From the NCBI GenBank assembly GCA_029781975.1, contig JAKOVQ010000017.1, forward strand, positions 130,074 to 194,073: a stretch of 64,000 bases of DNA, in the 5' to 3' direction. The notes beneath the pieces were generated by a model. It was not told where the DNA came from. It saw only the letters and a list, made by a program, of their open reading frames with translations, and made no database searches. A program made the position numbers and the translations under genes. The DNA comes from Acidobacteriota bacterium (GTDB taxonomy: Bacteria > Acidobacteriota > Thermoanaerobaculia > UBA5066). Positions within the stretch are counted from its first letter, which is position 1; the number at the start of each line of letters is the position of its first letter. Positions 10,766-20,207 of the stretch are shown here, one piece after another.

Positions 10766-10865
10766 CGTCCGGTCACCTCCCTGCCTTCCCGCGTCACCAC
10801 CTCACCACCTCACCGCCTCGCCAGCTTGCCACCTGGCTGCTTCGCCACGCCGCGGCTCCGGCCCG

Positions 10866-11054
10866 TCATCGTCCCACCCGTCCCATCAGCCAGGCGGCGG
10901 CGACGGCACCGCCGACCAGCGCGACCCAGATCCGGAGGAAGAGGCCGAGCTGCTCCTTCCGCCCCTCGCGCCAGAGGAGCGCGAGGAACGCCGAGACGAG
11001 CGTCGCGAGGAGGACCATGAGGGGGAAGTGGTCCGTCAGCGCGAGGGACGTCAT
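10866..11054 (-). CDS. Small two-TM membrane protein (hypothetical)
   Basis: 62 aa, two hydrophobic helices; 4-nt overlap with upstream ORF; position in an envelope-biogenesis operon; no recognised family. Confidence 0.35.
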   Translation of the reverse strand: MTSLALTDHFPLMVLLATLVSAFLALLWREGRKEQLGLFLRIWVALVGGAVAAAWLMGRVGR

Positions 11055-11440
11055 GGCGCGGCTCTCGCGGTCGCGCTCGCCACGTCGAGGACGAGGAGGA
11101 GGTTCATGAGGCCGGCGACGAGGAGGTAGGTCGTGCCGTACTCTTGCTGCATCGTCCGAACCTCCTCCGACGCGCCCCCCGCAGCCGAGACCAGGAGCGG
11201 CGCGAGCCCGGACCCGTAGGAGGCCGCCGCGACGAGGACGGTGGCGGGGTGCGCGAGGTCCGGCCGGGTCAGGCGCCCGCCGAGAGCGAGCCCCGTCGCG
11301 AACGTGAGCCCCACGATCCCGAGGAACGAGGCTCCTCGTCCCGGCCGGCCCAGGACCGCGTGACCGACCCCCGGGACGAGCCAGGCGGCCACCAGGAGGG
11401 CGGCCCGGCGAGACGCGGGGACGCCGGGGGCCGGGGCGTC
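11051..11440 (-). CDS. Hypothetical polytopic membrane protein (start uncertain)
   Basis: C-terminal 130 aa of ORF 11051..11875 are hydrophobic (WLVPGVGHAVLG...FLGIVGLTFATGLALGG...TYLLVAGLMNLLLVL); the upstream part of that ORF overlaps the HIT gene in another frame; start codon not resolved (possibly GTG/CTG). Confidence 0.35.
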   Translation of the reverse strand, partial: DAPAPGVPASRRAALLVAAWLVPGVGHAVLGRPGRGASFLGIVGLTFATGLALGGRLTRPDLAHPATVLVAAASYGSGLAPLLVSAAGGASEEVRTMQQEYGTTYLLVAGLMNLLLVLDVASATARAAP

Positions 11441-11442
11441 CT

Positions 11443-11943
11443 TCAGCGGGCGTCCTCGAGCGCCCCGAGCCGGGCGGTGATCCGTCGCCACGTCGTGGCC
11501 AGCTCCTCGGGAACGGTCCGCGTCCCCCCGACGACCGTCATGAAGCTGGTGTCCCCTTCCCAGCGGGGGACGACGTGCAGGTGCGCGTGTCCCGGCACCC
11601 CCGCCCCGGCGCACTTGCCGAGGTTGAAGCCGACGTTGAACCCGTGGGGCGCGTACTCCGCGGAGAGGACCCTCTCGAGGAGCGCGGCCGTCTCCACGAT
11701 CTCCGCCCGCTCCCCGGGGAGCATCTCGGCGAGGGTCGCCCGGTGGGCGAAGGGGGCGACCATCAGGTGGCCGTTCGAGTAGGGGAACCGGTTGAGGACG
11801 GTGTAGGCGAGCTTCCCTCGCGAGACGATGAGGGCCTCCTCGTCTCCCCTGCCGGGCAGGGCGCAGAAGAGGCACCCGTCGAGCTCGGACGATCCCCCCG
11901 TGAGGTACGACATCCGCCAGGGCGTGTACAGGACCTCCGTCAA
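11443..11943 (-). CDS. HIT family (histidine triad) nucleotide hydrolase
   Basis: 166 aa; GCLFC, FPYSNGHLMV, HAHLHVVPRW histidine-triad motif. Confidence 0.85.
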   Translation of the reverse strand: MTEVLYTPWRMSYLTGGSSELDGCLFCALPGRGDEEALIVSRGKLAYTVLNRFPYSNGHLMVAPFAHRATLAEMLPGERAEIVETAALLERVLSAEYAPHGFNVGFNLGKCAGAGVPGHAHLHVVPRWEGDTSFMTVVGGTRTVPEELATTWRRITARLGALEDAR

Positions 11944-12293
11944 GGGGAGTCGGACCCGGGGCCGCTGGGCTCGGCCTCGTTGATCAGCTCCTTCAGCCGC
12001 TTCCCGGGCTTGAAATACGGGACCTTCTTGGGCGGGACGAGCACCTTCACGCCGCTCTTCTTCGGGTTCCGGGCGACCCGGGCGCCCCGCAGCCGGAGCT
12101 TGAAGCTCCCGAACCCCCGGAGCTCGATCTTCTGCCCCGACCGGAGCGACGAGATGATCCCGGAGAAGACGGAGTCGACGACCGTCTCCGCCTGCTTCTT
12201 GGTCAGCTCGGCCGCTCGGGCGACCTCCTCGACCAGGTCGGCCTTGGTGGTGGTCCCCTCCGCGCGGCTCGCCACCGGACGTTCGCTCTCCAT
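11940..12293 (-). CDS. Integration host factor / HU family DNA-binding protein
   Basis: 117 aa; TKADLVEEVA...GFGSFKLRLRGARVARNPKKSGVKV..PPKKVPYFKPGKRLKE, typical IHF/HU beta-arm. Confidence 0.8.
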   Translation of the reverse strand: MESERPVASRAEGTTTKADLVEEVARAAELTKKQAETVVDSVFSGIISSLRSGQKIELRGFGSFKLRLRGARVARNPKKSGVKVLVPPKKVPYFKPGKRLKELINEAEPSGPGSDSP

Positions 12294-12383
12294 CTCCCCC
12301 TCACCCGGAGGCCGGTCTGTCGCCGGCCCGCCCGCACCGGTGCGCCGGCAGGGCCGGCGTCGGACCGGCCCTCTGTCTCCGCT

Positions 12384-14246
12384 CTAGCTCTCGTCCTCCG
12401 TCTCGGGGGCCGCGCCGGGCTCCCCGGTCGCCCCTTCGGCTTCCGGATGGCCTTCCGGAGCCGTCTCCCCCGCGCCGGCATCGCCGGCCGCGGCAGCCCC
12501 GGAGGAAGCCGCCTCGTCGGCAGCGACCTCGCCGGTCTCGACGGCCTCGCTCGCGGCGGGGGCGTCGGCGGCGTCGCCGGCCTCCGGGGGCACCGAGCCC
12601 TCGGGCGGCTGCTCGACGTCGCGCATCGAGAGACCGATCCGCTGCTCGTCGACCTCGATCCGGAGGATCCTCACGCGCAGGGGCTGTCCCTCGTTGAAGA
12701 TCTCGCCGAGCTTCTGACCGCGCGGCACGTCCGTCTCGGAGACGTGCATCAGCCCCTCGAGCCCCTCCGGGAGCCTGACGAAGACGCCGAAGTCCGCGAC
12801 CTTGGCGACCGTCCCGTCGACGACGTCGCCCGGCCGGAAGTGCTTCGAGAACTCCTCCCACTCGTTCGGGCGGAACTCCTTGATCGAGAGGCTGATCCTG
12901 CGATTGTCCACGTCGATGTGGGTGAGGACGGCCTGGATCTTGTCCCCCTTCTTCAGGACCTCGGAAGGGTGCCGGACGCGCCGTCCCCACGACATGTCGG
13001 AGACGTGGACGAGCCCGTCGATCCCGTCCTCGATCTCGACGAAGGCGCCGAAGTCGGTCAGGTTCCGGACCACCCCCTCCACCCGGTCGCCGATCCGGTA
13101 GCGCTCGGCGAGCATCTCCCACGGGTTCGGCTCGGTCGCCCGGAGCGAGAGGGAGAGGCGGCGCGTCTCGGGGTTCACGTCCGCGATGACGGCCTCGACG
13201 ACGTCCCCGACCGTGAGGATCTTCGACGGGTTCTTGACCTTCTTCGTCCACGACATCTCGCTGACGTGGATGAGCCCCTCGATCCCCTCCTCCAGCTCGA
13301 CGAACGCGCCGTAGTCGGTGAGCGAGACGACCTTGCCGCGGACCCGGGCCCCGACCGGATAGTGGGCCGGGAGGTCCTGCCACGGGTCGGGCTTGAGCTG
13401 CTTCATGCCGAGGGAGATCCGCCCGCTCTCGGGGTCGAACTTCAGGACCTTGACCTCGACCTCCTGGCCGACGTGGACGGCCTCGGAGGGGTGCGACAGG
13501 CGTCCCCACGACATGTCCGTCACGTGGAGGAGGCCGTCGATGCCGCCGAGGTCGACGAAGGCGCCGTACTCGGTCAGGTTCTTCACCACCCCGTGGAGCG
13601 TCCGGCCGTCCGCGAGGGCCTCGGCGGCCTCCTTCTTCCGGGCGTCGGCCACCTCCTCGAGGAGGGCCTTGCGGGAGAGGACGATGTTCCCCCGCTTCTT
13701 GTCGAGGTTCACCACCTTGAACTCGAGCTCCCGGCCGCGGAGGACGTCCAGGTTCTTCAGCGGGCGGGTGTCGGCGAGGGAGCCGGGCAGGAACGCGCGG
13801 ACGCCGACGTCGACGGAGAGGCCGCCCTTGACCCGCTCGATCACCCGGCCCATCACCGGCTGCTCGGCCTTGAAGGCCGCCTCGACGGCGTCCCACGCGC
13901 GCATCCGGCGGGCCTTCTCGTGCGACAGGACCACGTAGCCCGAGGCGTCCTCGCGCCGCTCGACGATGGCGTCGATCTCCATCCCCGGCTGCGGGAACTT
14001 GTCCGGAGGGACGTGGTTGAACTCGCGGCGGGGGATCATCCCCTCCGACTTGTACCCGATGTCGACCAGGACCTCGTCGTTCGTGACCTGGAGGACGCGC
14101 CCGCGGATCAGCTCACCCTCCGCAAGCGAACGCTCGCTCTCCGCCAGGAGCCGCTCGAACTCCCCCGGACCGTTGTCCGGGGCTTCCTCCGGCTTGCGAG
14201 CGGCTGTGTTCTTCAAGTCCTCCGACGACGACGGCATGAATCCCAT
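12384..14246 (-). CDS. rpsA: 30S ribosomal protein S1
   Basis: 620 aa; six S1 repeats (GxV...GAFVDLGGIDGLLHVTDMSW ...), acidic C-terminal tail. Confidence 0.9.
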   Translation of the reverse strand: MGFMPSSSEDLKNTAARKPEEAPDNGPGEFERLLAESERSLAEGELIRGRVLQVTNDEVLVDIGYKSEGMIPRREFNHVPPDKFPQPGMEIDAIVERREDASGYVVLSHEKARRMRAWDAVEAAFKAEQPVMGRVIERVKGGLSVDVGVRAFLPGSLADTRPLKNLDVLRGRELEFKVVNLDKKRGNIVLSRKALLEEVADARKKEAAEALADGRTLHGVVKNLTEYGAFVDLGGIDGLLHVTDMSWGRLSHPSEAVHVGQEVEVKVLKFDPESGRISLGMKQLKPDPWQDLPAHYPVGARVRGKVVSLTDYGAFVELEEGIEGLIHVSEMSWTKKVKNPSKILTVGDVVEAVIADVNPETRRLSLSLRATEPNPWEMLAERYRIGDRVEGVVRNLTDFGAFVEIEDGIDGLVHVSDMSWGRRVRHPSEVLKKGDKIQAVLTHIDVDNRRISLSIKEFRPNEWEEFSKHFRPGDVVDGTVAKVADFGVFVRLPEGLEGLMHVSETDVPRGQKLGEIFNEGQPLRVRILRIEVDEQRIGLSMRDVEQPPEGSVPPEAGDAADAPAASEAVETGEVAADEAASSGAAAAGDAGAGETAPEGHPEAEGATGEPGAAPETEDES

Positions 14247-14331
14247 CCTCTTTGCGGGCTCGCGTGAAGGAACCCCGTCCGGCAGGGTTAGCGGCCCGAA
14301 CCGGAGATGTTAGTAGCCGCTCTCTTCCTGG

Positions 14332-15006
14332 TCAACCGCCCGCGGCGGCCCCGGCGACGATCGCCAGGAGCCGTTCGACCACCTCCCGGGCGCTGAGCTC
14401 GGAGGTGTCGACGACCCGGTAGCTCTCGTCGCACCGGAGGGGGGAATCGGCCCGGGTCTCGTCGGCCCGGTCGCGGGCGACGGTCTCGGCGAGGACCCGC
14501 TCGAGGGGCTGAGGGGTCCCCTTCGCGTGCAGCTCCTCCCACCGGCGGCGCGCCCGGACGTCGGGCCGGGCGGTCAGGAAGAACTTGAAGTCGGCCTCCG
14601 GGACGACCCGGGTCCCGATGTCCCGTCCCTCCAGCACCCCCCCGCCCGCGAGCGCCAGCTCGCGCTGCCGTGCGGCCAGGCGGCGCCTCACCGCCGGCAC
14701 CGCGGCCACGGCGGAGGCGTACCGGGAGACCTCCGGGGAGCGGATGTCGGCCGAGACGTCCTCCCCGTCGAGGAAGGTCCGGCCGTCCGTCGCGCTCCCC
14801 GTGACCGTCACGTCGAGGGCGCCGGCGATCCTCCCGACCTCCGCCGCGTCGGCGAGCGGGAGCCGGAGACCGCGGCGGAGGACCGCGAGCCCGACGGCGC
14901 GATACATCGCGCCGGTGTCGAGGTAGGGCAGGCCGAGGTGCGCGGCCACCGCCCGCCCGACCGTGGACTTCCCGACCCCCGAAGGGCCGTCGATCGCGAC
15001 GATCAC
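14332..15006 (-). CDS. cmk: Cytidylate kinase
   Basis: 224 aa; MIVAIDGPSGVGKSTV, LDTGAMYRAV. Confidence 0.9.
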   Translation of the reverse strand: MIVAIDGPSGVGKSTVGRAVAAHLGLPYLDTGAMYRAVGLAVLRRGLRLPLADAAEVGRIAGALDVTVTGSATDGRTFLDGEDVSADIRSPEVSRYASAVAAVPAVRRRLAARQRELALAGGGVLEGRDIGTRVVPEADFKFFLTARPDVRARRRWEELHAKGTPQPLERVLAETVARDRADETRADSPLRCDESYRVVDTSELSAREVVERLLAIVAGAAAGG

Positions 15007-16142
15007 CGGGCGGAGGCCGGGACGGGGGCCTCGGGGCGGAGGAGCCCGGCGCCGATCACGTCGTCGAGGGCGCCGAGGAACCGGACGTTCTCGTCCCGGG
15101 TCCCGACCGACAGGCGGAACGACCGGGGGAACCCCCAGCCCGCCATCGGGCGGAGGATGACGCCCCGTCGCGCGAACTCCGGGTCGACGGGGGCGTACGG
15201 GACGGGGAGGTCCACGAGGAGGAAGTTCCCGAGGGAGGGGTGCGCGGTCACCGGCCTGCGGGCGAGCTCCGCGAGGAGGAAGGCCCGCTCGGTCCTCACG
15301 AGGGCGCGGGTCCTCTCCGCGTGCTCGGCGTCGTCCAGGGCGGCCAGGGCGGCCGCCTGGGCCACGCTCGTCGTGTTGAAGGGCTCGCGCACCTTGTTCA
15401 TGGCGGCGACGACCTCGAGCGGCGCGAACCCGTACCCGATCCGGAGCCCGGCGAGGCCGTGGAGCTTCGAGAAGGTCCGGAGGACCAGGAGGGGTCTCCC
15501 CCCCCGGAGGGCGTCCAGGGCGTCCGGGTAGTCGCCGGTCTCCCGCGCGAACTCGAAGTACGCCTCGTCCACGACGGGCAGGACGTGGTCCGGAAGGGCG
15601 CGGAGGAGGCGCTCCAGGTCCCCGCGCGTCGCGTACCCGCCGGTCGGGTTGTTCGGGTTGGCGAGGGCGAGGATCCTGGTCCGGCTGCCGACGCGCGCCA
15701 GGAGGGCGTCGACGTCCGGCCGGAAGCCTGCGAGGGTCGGCACCTCGACGATCGTGCCGCCCGCGCGCCCGACCGCCACCGGGAACATCCGGAAGATCGC
15801 CGCGGGAGCCAGGAGCTCGTCGCCCGGCTCGAGATAGGTCCGGACGGCGATGTCGATCAGCTCCGACGACCCGCCGCCGAGGATCACCTGGTCGGGAGAG
15901 AGGCCGTGACGCGCGGCGAGGGCCCGGCGGAGGACCGTCCCCGACCCGTCCGGGTACCGGTTGACCTCGCGGACGGCCGTCAGCGCGGCGGCGACCGCCC
16001 GGGGGGAGGGACCGAGGGGGTTCTCGTTCGACGCGAGCTTCACGGCTCCGCCGATCCCGTACTCCGCCTCGACCTCCTCGATCGGCCGGCCGGGGACGTA
16101 GGGGGCGAGCTTGCTGACGGAGGGGCGCGGGGAAGGGATCAT
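15003..16142 (-). CDS. hisC: Histidinol-phosphate aminotransferase
   Basis: 379 aa; KLASNENPLGPSP, class-II aminotransferase fold, PLP lysine region TFSKLHGLAGLRIGY. Confidence 0.9.
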   Translation of the reverse strand: MIPSPRPSVSKLAPYVPGRPIEEVEAEYGIGGAVKLASNENPLGPSPRAVAAALTAVREVNRYPDGSGTVLRRALAARHGLSPDQVILGGGSSELIDIAVRTYLEPGDELLAPAAIFRMFPVAVGRAGGTIVEVPTLAGFRPDVDALLARVGSRTRILALANPNNPTGGYATRGDLERLLRALPDHVLPVVDEAYFEFARETGDYPDALDALRGGRPLLVLRTFSKLHGLAGLRIGYGFAPLEVVAAMNKVREPFNTTSVAQAAALAALDDAEHAERTRALVRTERAFLLAELARRPVTAHPSLGNFLLVDLPVPYAPVDPEFARRGVILRPMAGWGFPRSFRLSVGTRDENVRFLGALDDVIGAGLLRPEAPVPASAR

Positions 16143-16146
16143 CGGG

Positions 16147-16953
16147 TCACCTCGTCGTGCGTCGCCGGGAGGCGGCGGGGCGGGAGCGTCTGCGAGGCGG
16201 GGGCGGGGGCGACGTCTTGCCGGACACGAGGGCGGCGACCTCCTCGGGAGTGAGGTCGCGCCAGGTCCCCGGCGGCAGGTCGCGGTCCCTCACCGGGCCG
16301 ATCGCGACCCGCCTCAGCTTGGAGACCGGGTGCCCCACGACGGCCATCATCTTCCGGATCTGCCGCGACCGTCCCTCGCCGAGGATCACCCGGAGCCAGG
16401 CGTTCCCCCCGGCGCCGCCCCGGACGGGCGTGGTCTCGAGGACCTCCACCTTGGCCGGTGCCGTCCTCCTGCCGTCGAGGAAGACGCCGCGCTCGAGCTT
16501 GGCCACGTCCGCGGGGGTCGGAACGCCCGACACCTTCACCTCGTACTCCTTCAGGCAGCCGCCGGAAGGGTGCGTGAGCGTCTGGACCAGGTCCCCGTCG
16601 TCGGTGAGGACGAGGAGCCCCTCCGAGTCGAAGTCCAGGCGCCCCGCCGGGACGACGCGCTGGGGGACGCGGTTCCCGAGGAGGGCGTAGATCGTGTCCC
16701 TCCCCTCGGGGTCGCTGCGCGTCACGACCACGTTCCTCGGCTTGTTCAGCAGCAGGTACCGCTTGCGCGCCGGGATCCGGACCAGCCGGCCGTCCACCTT
16801 CACGTGGTCCTTCTCCGGGTCGGCCTTGGCGCCGAGCTCGGTCACCCGCTCGCCGTTCACGCTCACGCGCCCTTCGAGGATGATCTCCTCGGCCGCCCGC
16901 CGCGAGGCGATCCCCGCGGCCGCCAGGATCTTCTGGAGGCGCTCGAGAGGCAT
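16147..16953 (-). CDS. rluB: 23S rRNA pseudouridine synthase (RluB/RsuA family)
   Basis: Internal ATG MPLERLQKILAAAGIASRRAAEEII (S4 domain), LLLNKP, RLDFDSEGLL catalytic Asp; ATGA overlap with scpB stop; upstream ORF extension is artifact. Confidence 0.8.
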   Translation of the reverse strand: MPLERLQKILAAAGIASRRAAEEIILEGRVSVNGERVTELGAKADPEKDHVKVDGRLVRIPARKRYLLLNKPRNVVVTRSDPEGRDTIYALLGNRVPQRVVPAGRLDFDSEGLLVLTDDGDLVQTLTHPSGGCLKEYEVKVSGVPTPADVAKLERGVFLDGRRTAPAKVEVLETTPVRGGAGGNAWLRVILGEGRSRQIRKMMAVVGHPVSKLRRVAIGPVRDRDLPPGTWRDLTPEEVAALVSGKTSPPPPPRRRSRPAASRRRTTR

Positions 16954-17708
16954 CAGGACGGCTCCTCGGCGGGGGGCTCCGACGGAGCCGAGGGCTCCCC
17001 CGCGACCTCCCCGGCCAGCTCGGCGGGCTCCTCCGACGGGAAGAGCTCGACCTGCGCCGGCTCGGCCGGCGGCTGGTCGAGGCCGTACACGGCCTCGAGC
17101 TCCTCCGGCTTGGGCAGGTCGGCGAGGTCGCGGAGCCCGAAGTGGACCAGGAACTCCTTGGTCGTCTTGTAGAGGAACGGCGTCCCGACCACCTCCTTGC
17201 GGCCGGCCGTCGTGATCAGCTTCCTGTCGAGGAGGGTCCGGATGGAGGAGGAGGAGTTGACCCCGCGCAGCTCCGCGATCTCCGGGCCCGTGACCGGCTG
17301 GCGGTAGGCGACGATGGAGAGCGTCTCCAGCGCCGCCATCGACAGCTTCGTCCGCCCGTCGAGGCCGAGGAGGCGCCGCACCGGGTAGTCGAACTCGGCC
17401 CGCGACACCAGGCGGACGCCGCCGGCCACCCGGTCGACCTTCACGCCGCGCTCCGGCGTGGCGCACGCGGCCTCGAGGAAGGCGATCGCGCGCTCCACAG
17501 CCTCCTCCGGAAGCTCGGCCGCCTCGGCGAGCCGCTCGACGGGAACGGGCTTCGCCGACGCGAAAAGGAGGGCCTCGATCACCGCCACGGTCTCGGCGAG
17601 CCCCGGCAGCTCCGCCGCCGGCTCCGCCGGGAGGCCCTCGGAAACGGCCTGCGCCTCGCCGTCCGGCGGCCCTGCCGGCGTCTCGTCCGGCGCGTCTCGG
17701 TCGGTCAT
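16953..17708 (-). CDS. scpB: Segregation and condensation protein B
   Basis: 251 aa; winged-helix ScpB core (VIEALLFAS..PV..., GVNSSSSIRTLLDRKLI), acidic C-terminus. Confidence 0.85.
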   Translation of the reverse strand: MTDRDAPDETPAGPPDGEAQAVSEGLPAEPAAELPGLAETVAVIEALLFASAKPVPVERLAEAAELPEEAVERAIAFLEAACATPERGVKVDRVAGGVRLVSRAEFDYPVRRLLGLDGRTKLSMAALETLSIVAYRQPVTGPEIAELRGVNSSSSIRTLLDRKLITTAGRKEVVGTPFLYKTTKEFLVHFGLRDLADLPKPEELEAVYGLDQPPAEPAQVELFPSEEPAELAGEVAGEPSAPSEPPAEEPS

Positions 17709-17712
17709 CTCG

Positions 17713-18531
17713 CTAACGGTACGCCTCCTCGTAGCCCTCGAGCGAGAGGTCCTCCCCCGTCGCCTCGAGCCAGATCTCCCCGAACTCCTCGGACTGGACC
17801 GCCCGCACCAGGAGGAGCCGCAGCAGCTCCAGGACCGCCAGGAAGAGGGCGATCGCCTCGGCCCTCCCCGAGAGGCCCCGGAAGACGTCGAGGAGGGCCG
17901 TCCTCCCCCCGCCCTCGCGCATCCGGACGACCATCTCCTCCATCTTCTGGCGGATGCTGAATCGCTGGTGCGCGATCTCCATCGCCGGCGGATGGAGGGC
18001 CCGGAAGCGGTCGAGGACGCCCCGGAAGAGGGTGAGGATGTCGAAGAGGGAGACCTCCGAGAGGTCGGCCTCCTCCTCCTCGCCCTCGCGGGCGAGGTCC
18101 TCGCGCGTCGTCAGGGGCCTGGGCCAGAGGCCGGCGCGCCGGACCTCGAGCTCGTGGAGGGTCTCGGCGACCCCCTTGAACCTCCGGTACGCGAGAAGCC
18201 TCTGGACGAGCTCCTCCCGGGGGTCGGGCCCCGCGTCGCCTTCGGGCAGGCCCGACCGCGGGAGGACGAGCTGGCTCTTGATGTGGACGAGGAGCGCCTC
18301 CACGTAGAGGAACTCCCCCGCCACCTCGAGGTCGAGCTCCTGCATGAGCATCAGGTACTCGTGGTACTGGCGGCAGATCTCCGCGATCGGGACGTCGCGC
18401 AGGTCGACCTCGTTCTTCCGGATCAGGTGGAGGAGGAGGTCGAGGGGCCCGTCGAAGGCCGCGAGGTGGACCGGGTACGGCTGGATCAGCTCGGCGCCCG
18501 GCGGGATGGGGATCCGGATCCCTTCGGGCAT
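17713..18531 (-). CDS. scpA: Segregation and condensation protein A
   Basis: 272 aa; FDGPLDLLLHLIRKNEVDL, kleisin ScpA signature. Confidence 0.85.
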   Translation of the reverse strand: MPEGIRIPIPPGAELIQPYPVHLAAFDGPLDLLLHLIRKNEVDLRDVPIAEICRQYHEYLMLMQELDLEVAGEFLYVEALLVHIKSQLVLPRSGLPEGDAGPDPREELVQRLLAYRRFKGVAETLHELEVRRAGLWPRPLTTREDLAREGEEEEADLSEVSLFDILTLFRGVLDRFRALHPPAMEIAHQRFSIRQKMEEMVVRMREGGGRTALLDVFRGLSGRAEAIALFLAVLELLRLLLVRAVQSEEFGEIWLEATGEDLSLEGYEEAYR

Positions 18532-18535
18532 GGCG

Positions 18536-19515
18536 TCAGAGGAGCTTCATGGCGTCGGCGACGCCCTTCATCGTCTCGGCGGCGAGGGCGCGGGCCTTCT
18601 CGCCGCCGGACTCGAGGACGTCCCTCACGTATCCGGGAGAGGCGACGATCCCGGCACGCTTCGCGCGGACCGGCTCGAGGGCGGCGTTCATGTTCCGGAT
18701 GAGCCACTTCTTGCAGTCGACGCACCCGAGGCCCGCCGTCCGGCAGCCGCGGTCGATCTCCGCGCGCTCCTCCTGCGAGGAGTAGAGCCGGTGGAACGGG
18801 AAGAGGTTGCACTCGTCGGGGTTCCCGGGGTCCGAGCGGCGTGCGCGGCGCGGGTCGGTCACCATCGACATCACCTTCTTCGCCACCTCCTCGGCGGTGT
18901 CGGAGAGGGCGATGGTGTTGTTGTAGCTCTTGGACATCTTCCGGCCGTCGAGCCCCGGCACCTTCGGCGTCTCGGTGAAGAGGGCCTGCGGCTCGGGGAA
19001 GACCTCGCCGTACATCCCGTTGAAGCGCCGGACGATCTCCCGGCAGATCTCGAGGTGGCTCTCCTGGTCCTTCCCCACCGGGACGAGGTGCGCCCGATGG
19101 AGGGCGATGTCGGCCGTCATCAGGACGGGATACCCGAGGAACCCGTAGGTCCCCAGCTCCTTCTCGCGCAGCTGCTCGAGCTGCTCCTTGTACGTCGGGA
19201 CCCGCTCCAGCCAGCCGAGCGGCGTGATCATCCCGAGGACGAGGGCCAGCTCGGCGGTCTGCGGGACCTGGGACTGGACGAAGATCACCGAACGCTCCGG
19301 GTCGAGGCCGACCGAGAGCCAGTCCGTCACCGCCTCGAGCGTCGCCTCCCGGATCGCCGACGTGTCGGCGTAGTCCGTCGTCAGGGCGTGCAGGTCGGCG
19401 ACGAAGTAGCGGCACGCGTACCCCGCCTGCAGGTCGACCCAGTTCTTCACGGCTCCCCAGTAGTTTCCGAGGTGGACGCGCCCCGTCGGACGCAGGCCCG
19501 AGACGACGATCTTCA
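18536..19515 (-). CDS. trpS: Tryptophan--tRNA ligase
   Basis: C-terminal 326 aa of ORF 18536..20233: IVVSGLRPTGRVHLGNY (HIGH-like), KMSKS, class-I aaRS; TTG start inferred (LKIVVSG); 240-aa N-terminal extension is artifact. Confidence 0.85.
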
Positions 19516-20181
19516 AGGATGGCCTCCGAGGAGCCAGCCGGCGACGAGGGCCAGCGGCGGGTTCAGGACGTATCCGAGCGCGCCGGTGAAGAGGGCGACC
19601 ACGAGCAGGATGAAGCCGTAGCGCCGGAGCCAAATCACGGCGCGGAGGAACCGCGGCGGGACCAGGCTCTCGACGACGCCGAAGCCGTCGAGCGGGGGGA
19701 TCGGCACGAGGTTGAAGAGGGCGAGGGTGACGTTGATCAGGACCGAGAGGAAGGTCACCTGCAGCAGCGGGACGACGAGGCTCCCCCTCTCGCCGATCGG
19801 CGCGAACGCCTTGAGCGCGAGGAAGGCGGCGGCGGAGCACGACGCGACGAGGAGGTTCGAGACCGGTCCCGCGGCCGCGATCAGGAGGTTCGCGCGGCGC
19901 GGGTTCCGGACCCCCCGGAGGGAGATCGGAACCGGCTTGGCCCAGCCGAAGACCGGCGCGTGCGCCAGCGCCAGGACGAGCGGGACGAGCAGGCTCCCGA
20001 AGAGGTCGAGGTGCCGGACGGGGTTGAGCGTGATCCGGCCCAGGTCCCGAGCCGTCGTGTCGCCGCACCGGAGCGCCATCCACCCGTGCGCGGACTCGTG
20101 GACGGAGACCGCGAAGAGGAGGACGGCGATCTGGATGACGACCTGGAGGAGGGCGCGGGGGTCGAGGGGGGCGTCGGTCAC
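19513..20181 (-). CDS. Peptidase M50 family (site-2 protease-like) membrane metalloprotease
   Basis: 222 aa polytopic; HESAHG zinc motif (HExxH), LNPVRHLD, second metal-ligand region NLVPIPPLDG. Confidence 0.8.
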   Translation of the reverse strand: MTDAPLDPRALLQVVIQIAVLLFAVSVHESAHGWMALRCGDTTARDLGRITLNPVRHLDLFGSLLVPLVLALAHAPVFGWAKPVPISLRGVRNPRRANLLIAAAGPVSNLLVASCSAAAFLALKAFAPIGERGSLVVPLLQVTFLSVLINVTLALFNLVPIPPLDGFGVVESLVPPRFLRAVIWLRRYGFILLVVALFTGALGYVLNPPLALVAGWLLGGHP

Positions 20182-20207
20182 GGATGGTTCCCGGAGGGGC
20201 GGCGATC

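Noticed and set aside
12301-13896. 531-aa minus-strand ORF overlapping rpsA in another frame (and analogous shadow ORFs 782..2134, 20528..22396, 53213..55357, 37045..38478, 40897..42888)
   Set aside because: These are alternative-frame shadows of strongly conserved genes. Their products are Arg/Pro/Gly homopolymer-like with no domain signatures; the real frame is established by full-length homology (S1, PriA, RecG, HEAT/CheW, SBP, S55 peptidase).
16147-17466. Long N-terminal extensions of ORFs as listed in the track (rluB 439 aa, trpS 565 aa, msbA 890 aa, leuS 1123 aa, ALDH 787 aa, pabC 660 aa, mtnP 593 aa, cheW 578 aa, HEAT 863 aa and others)
   Set aside because: The extensions are Arg/Gly/Pro-rich and run antisense or frameshifted over the upstream neighbour. 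Homology begins at an internal ATG/GTG/TTG that usually overlaps the upstream stop codon by 4 nt, so the genes were trimmed accordingly.
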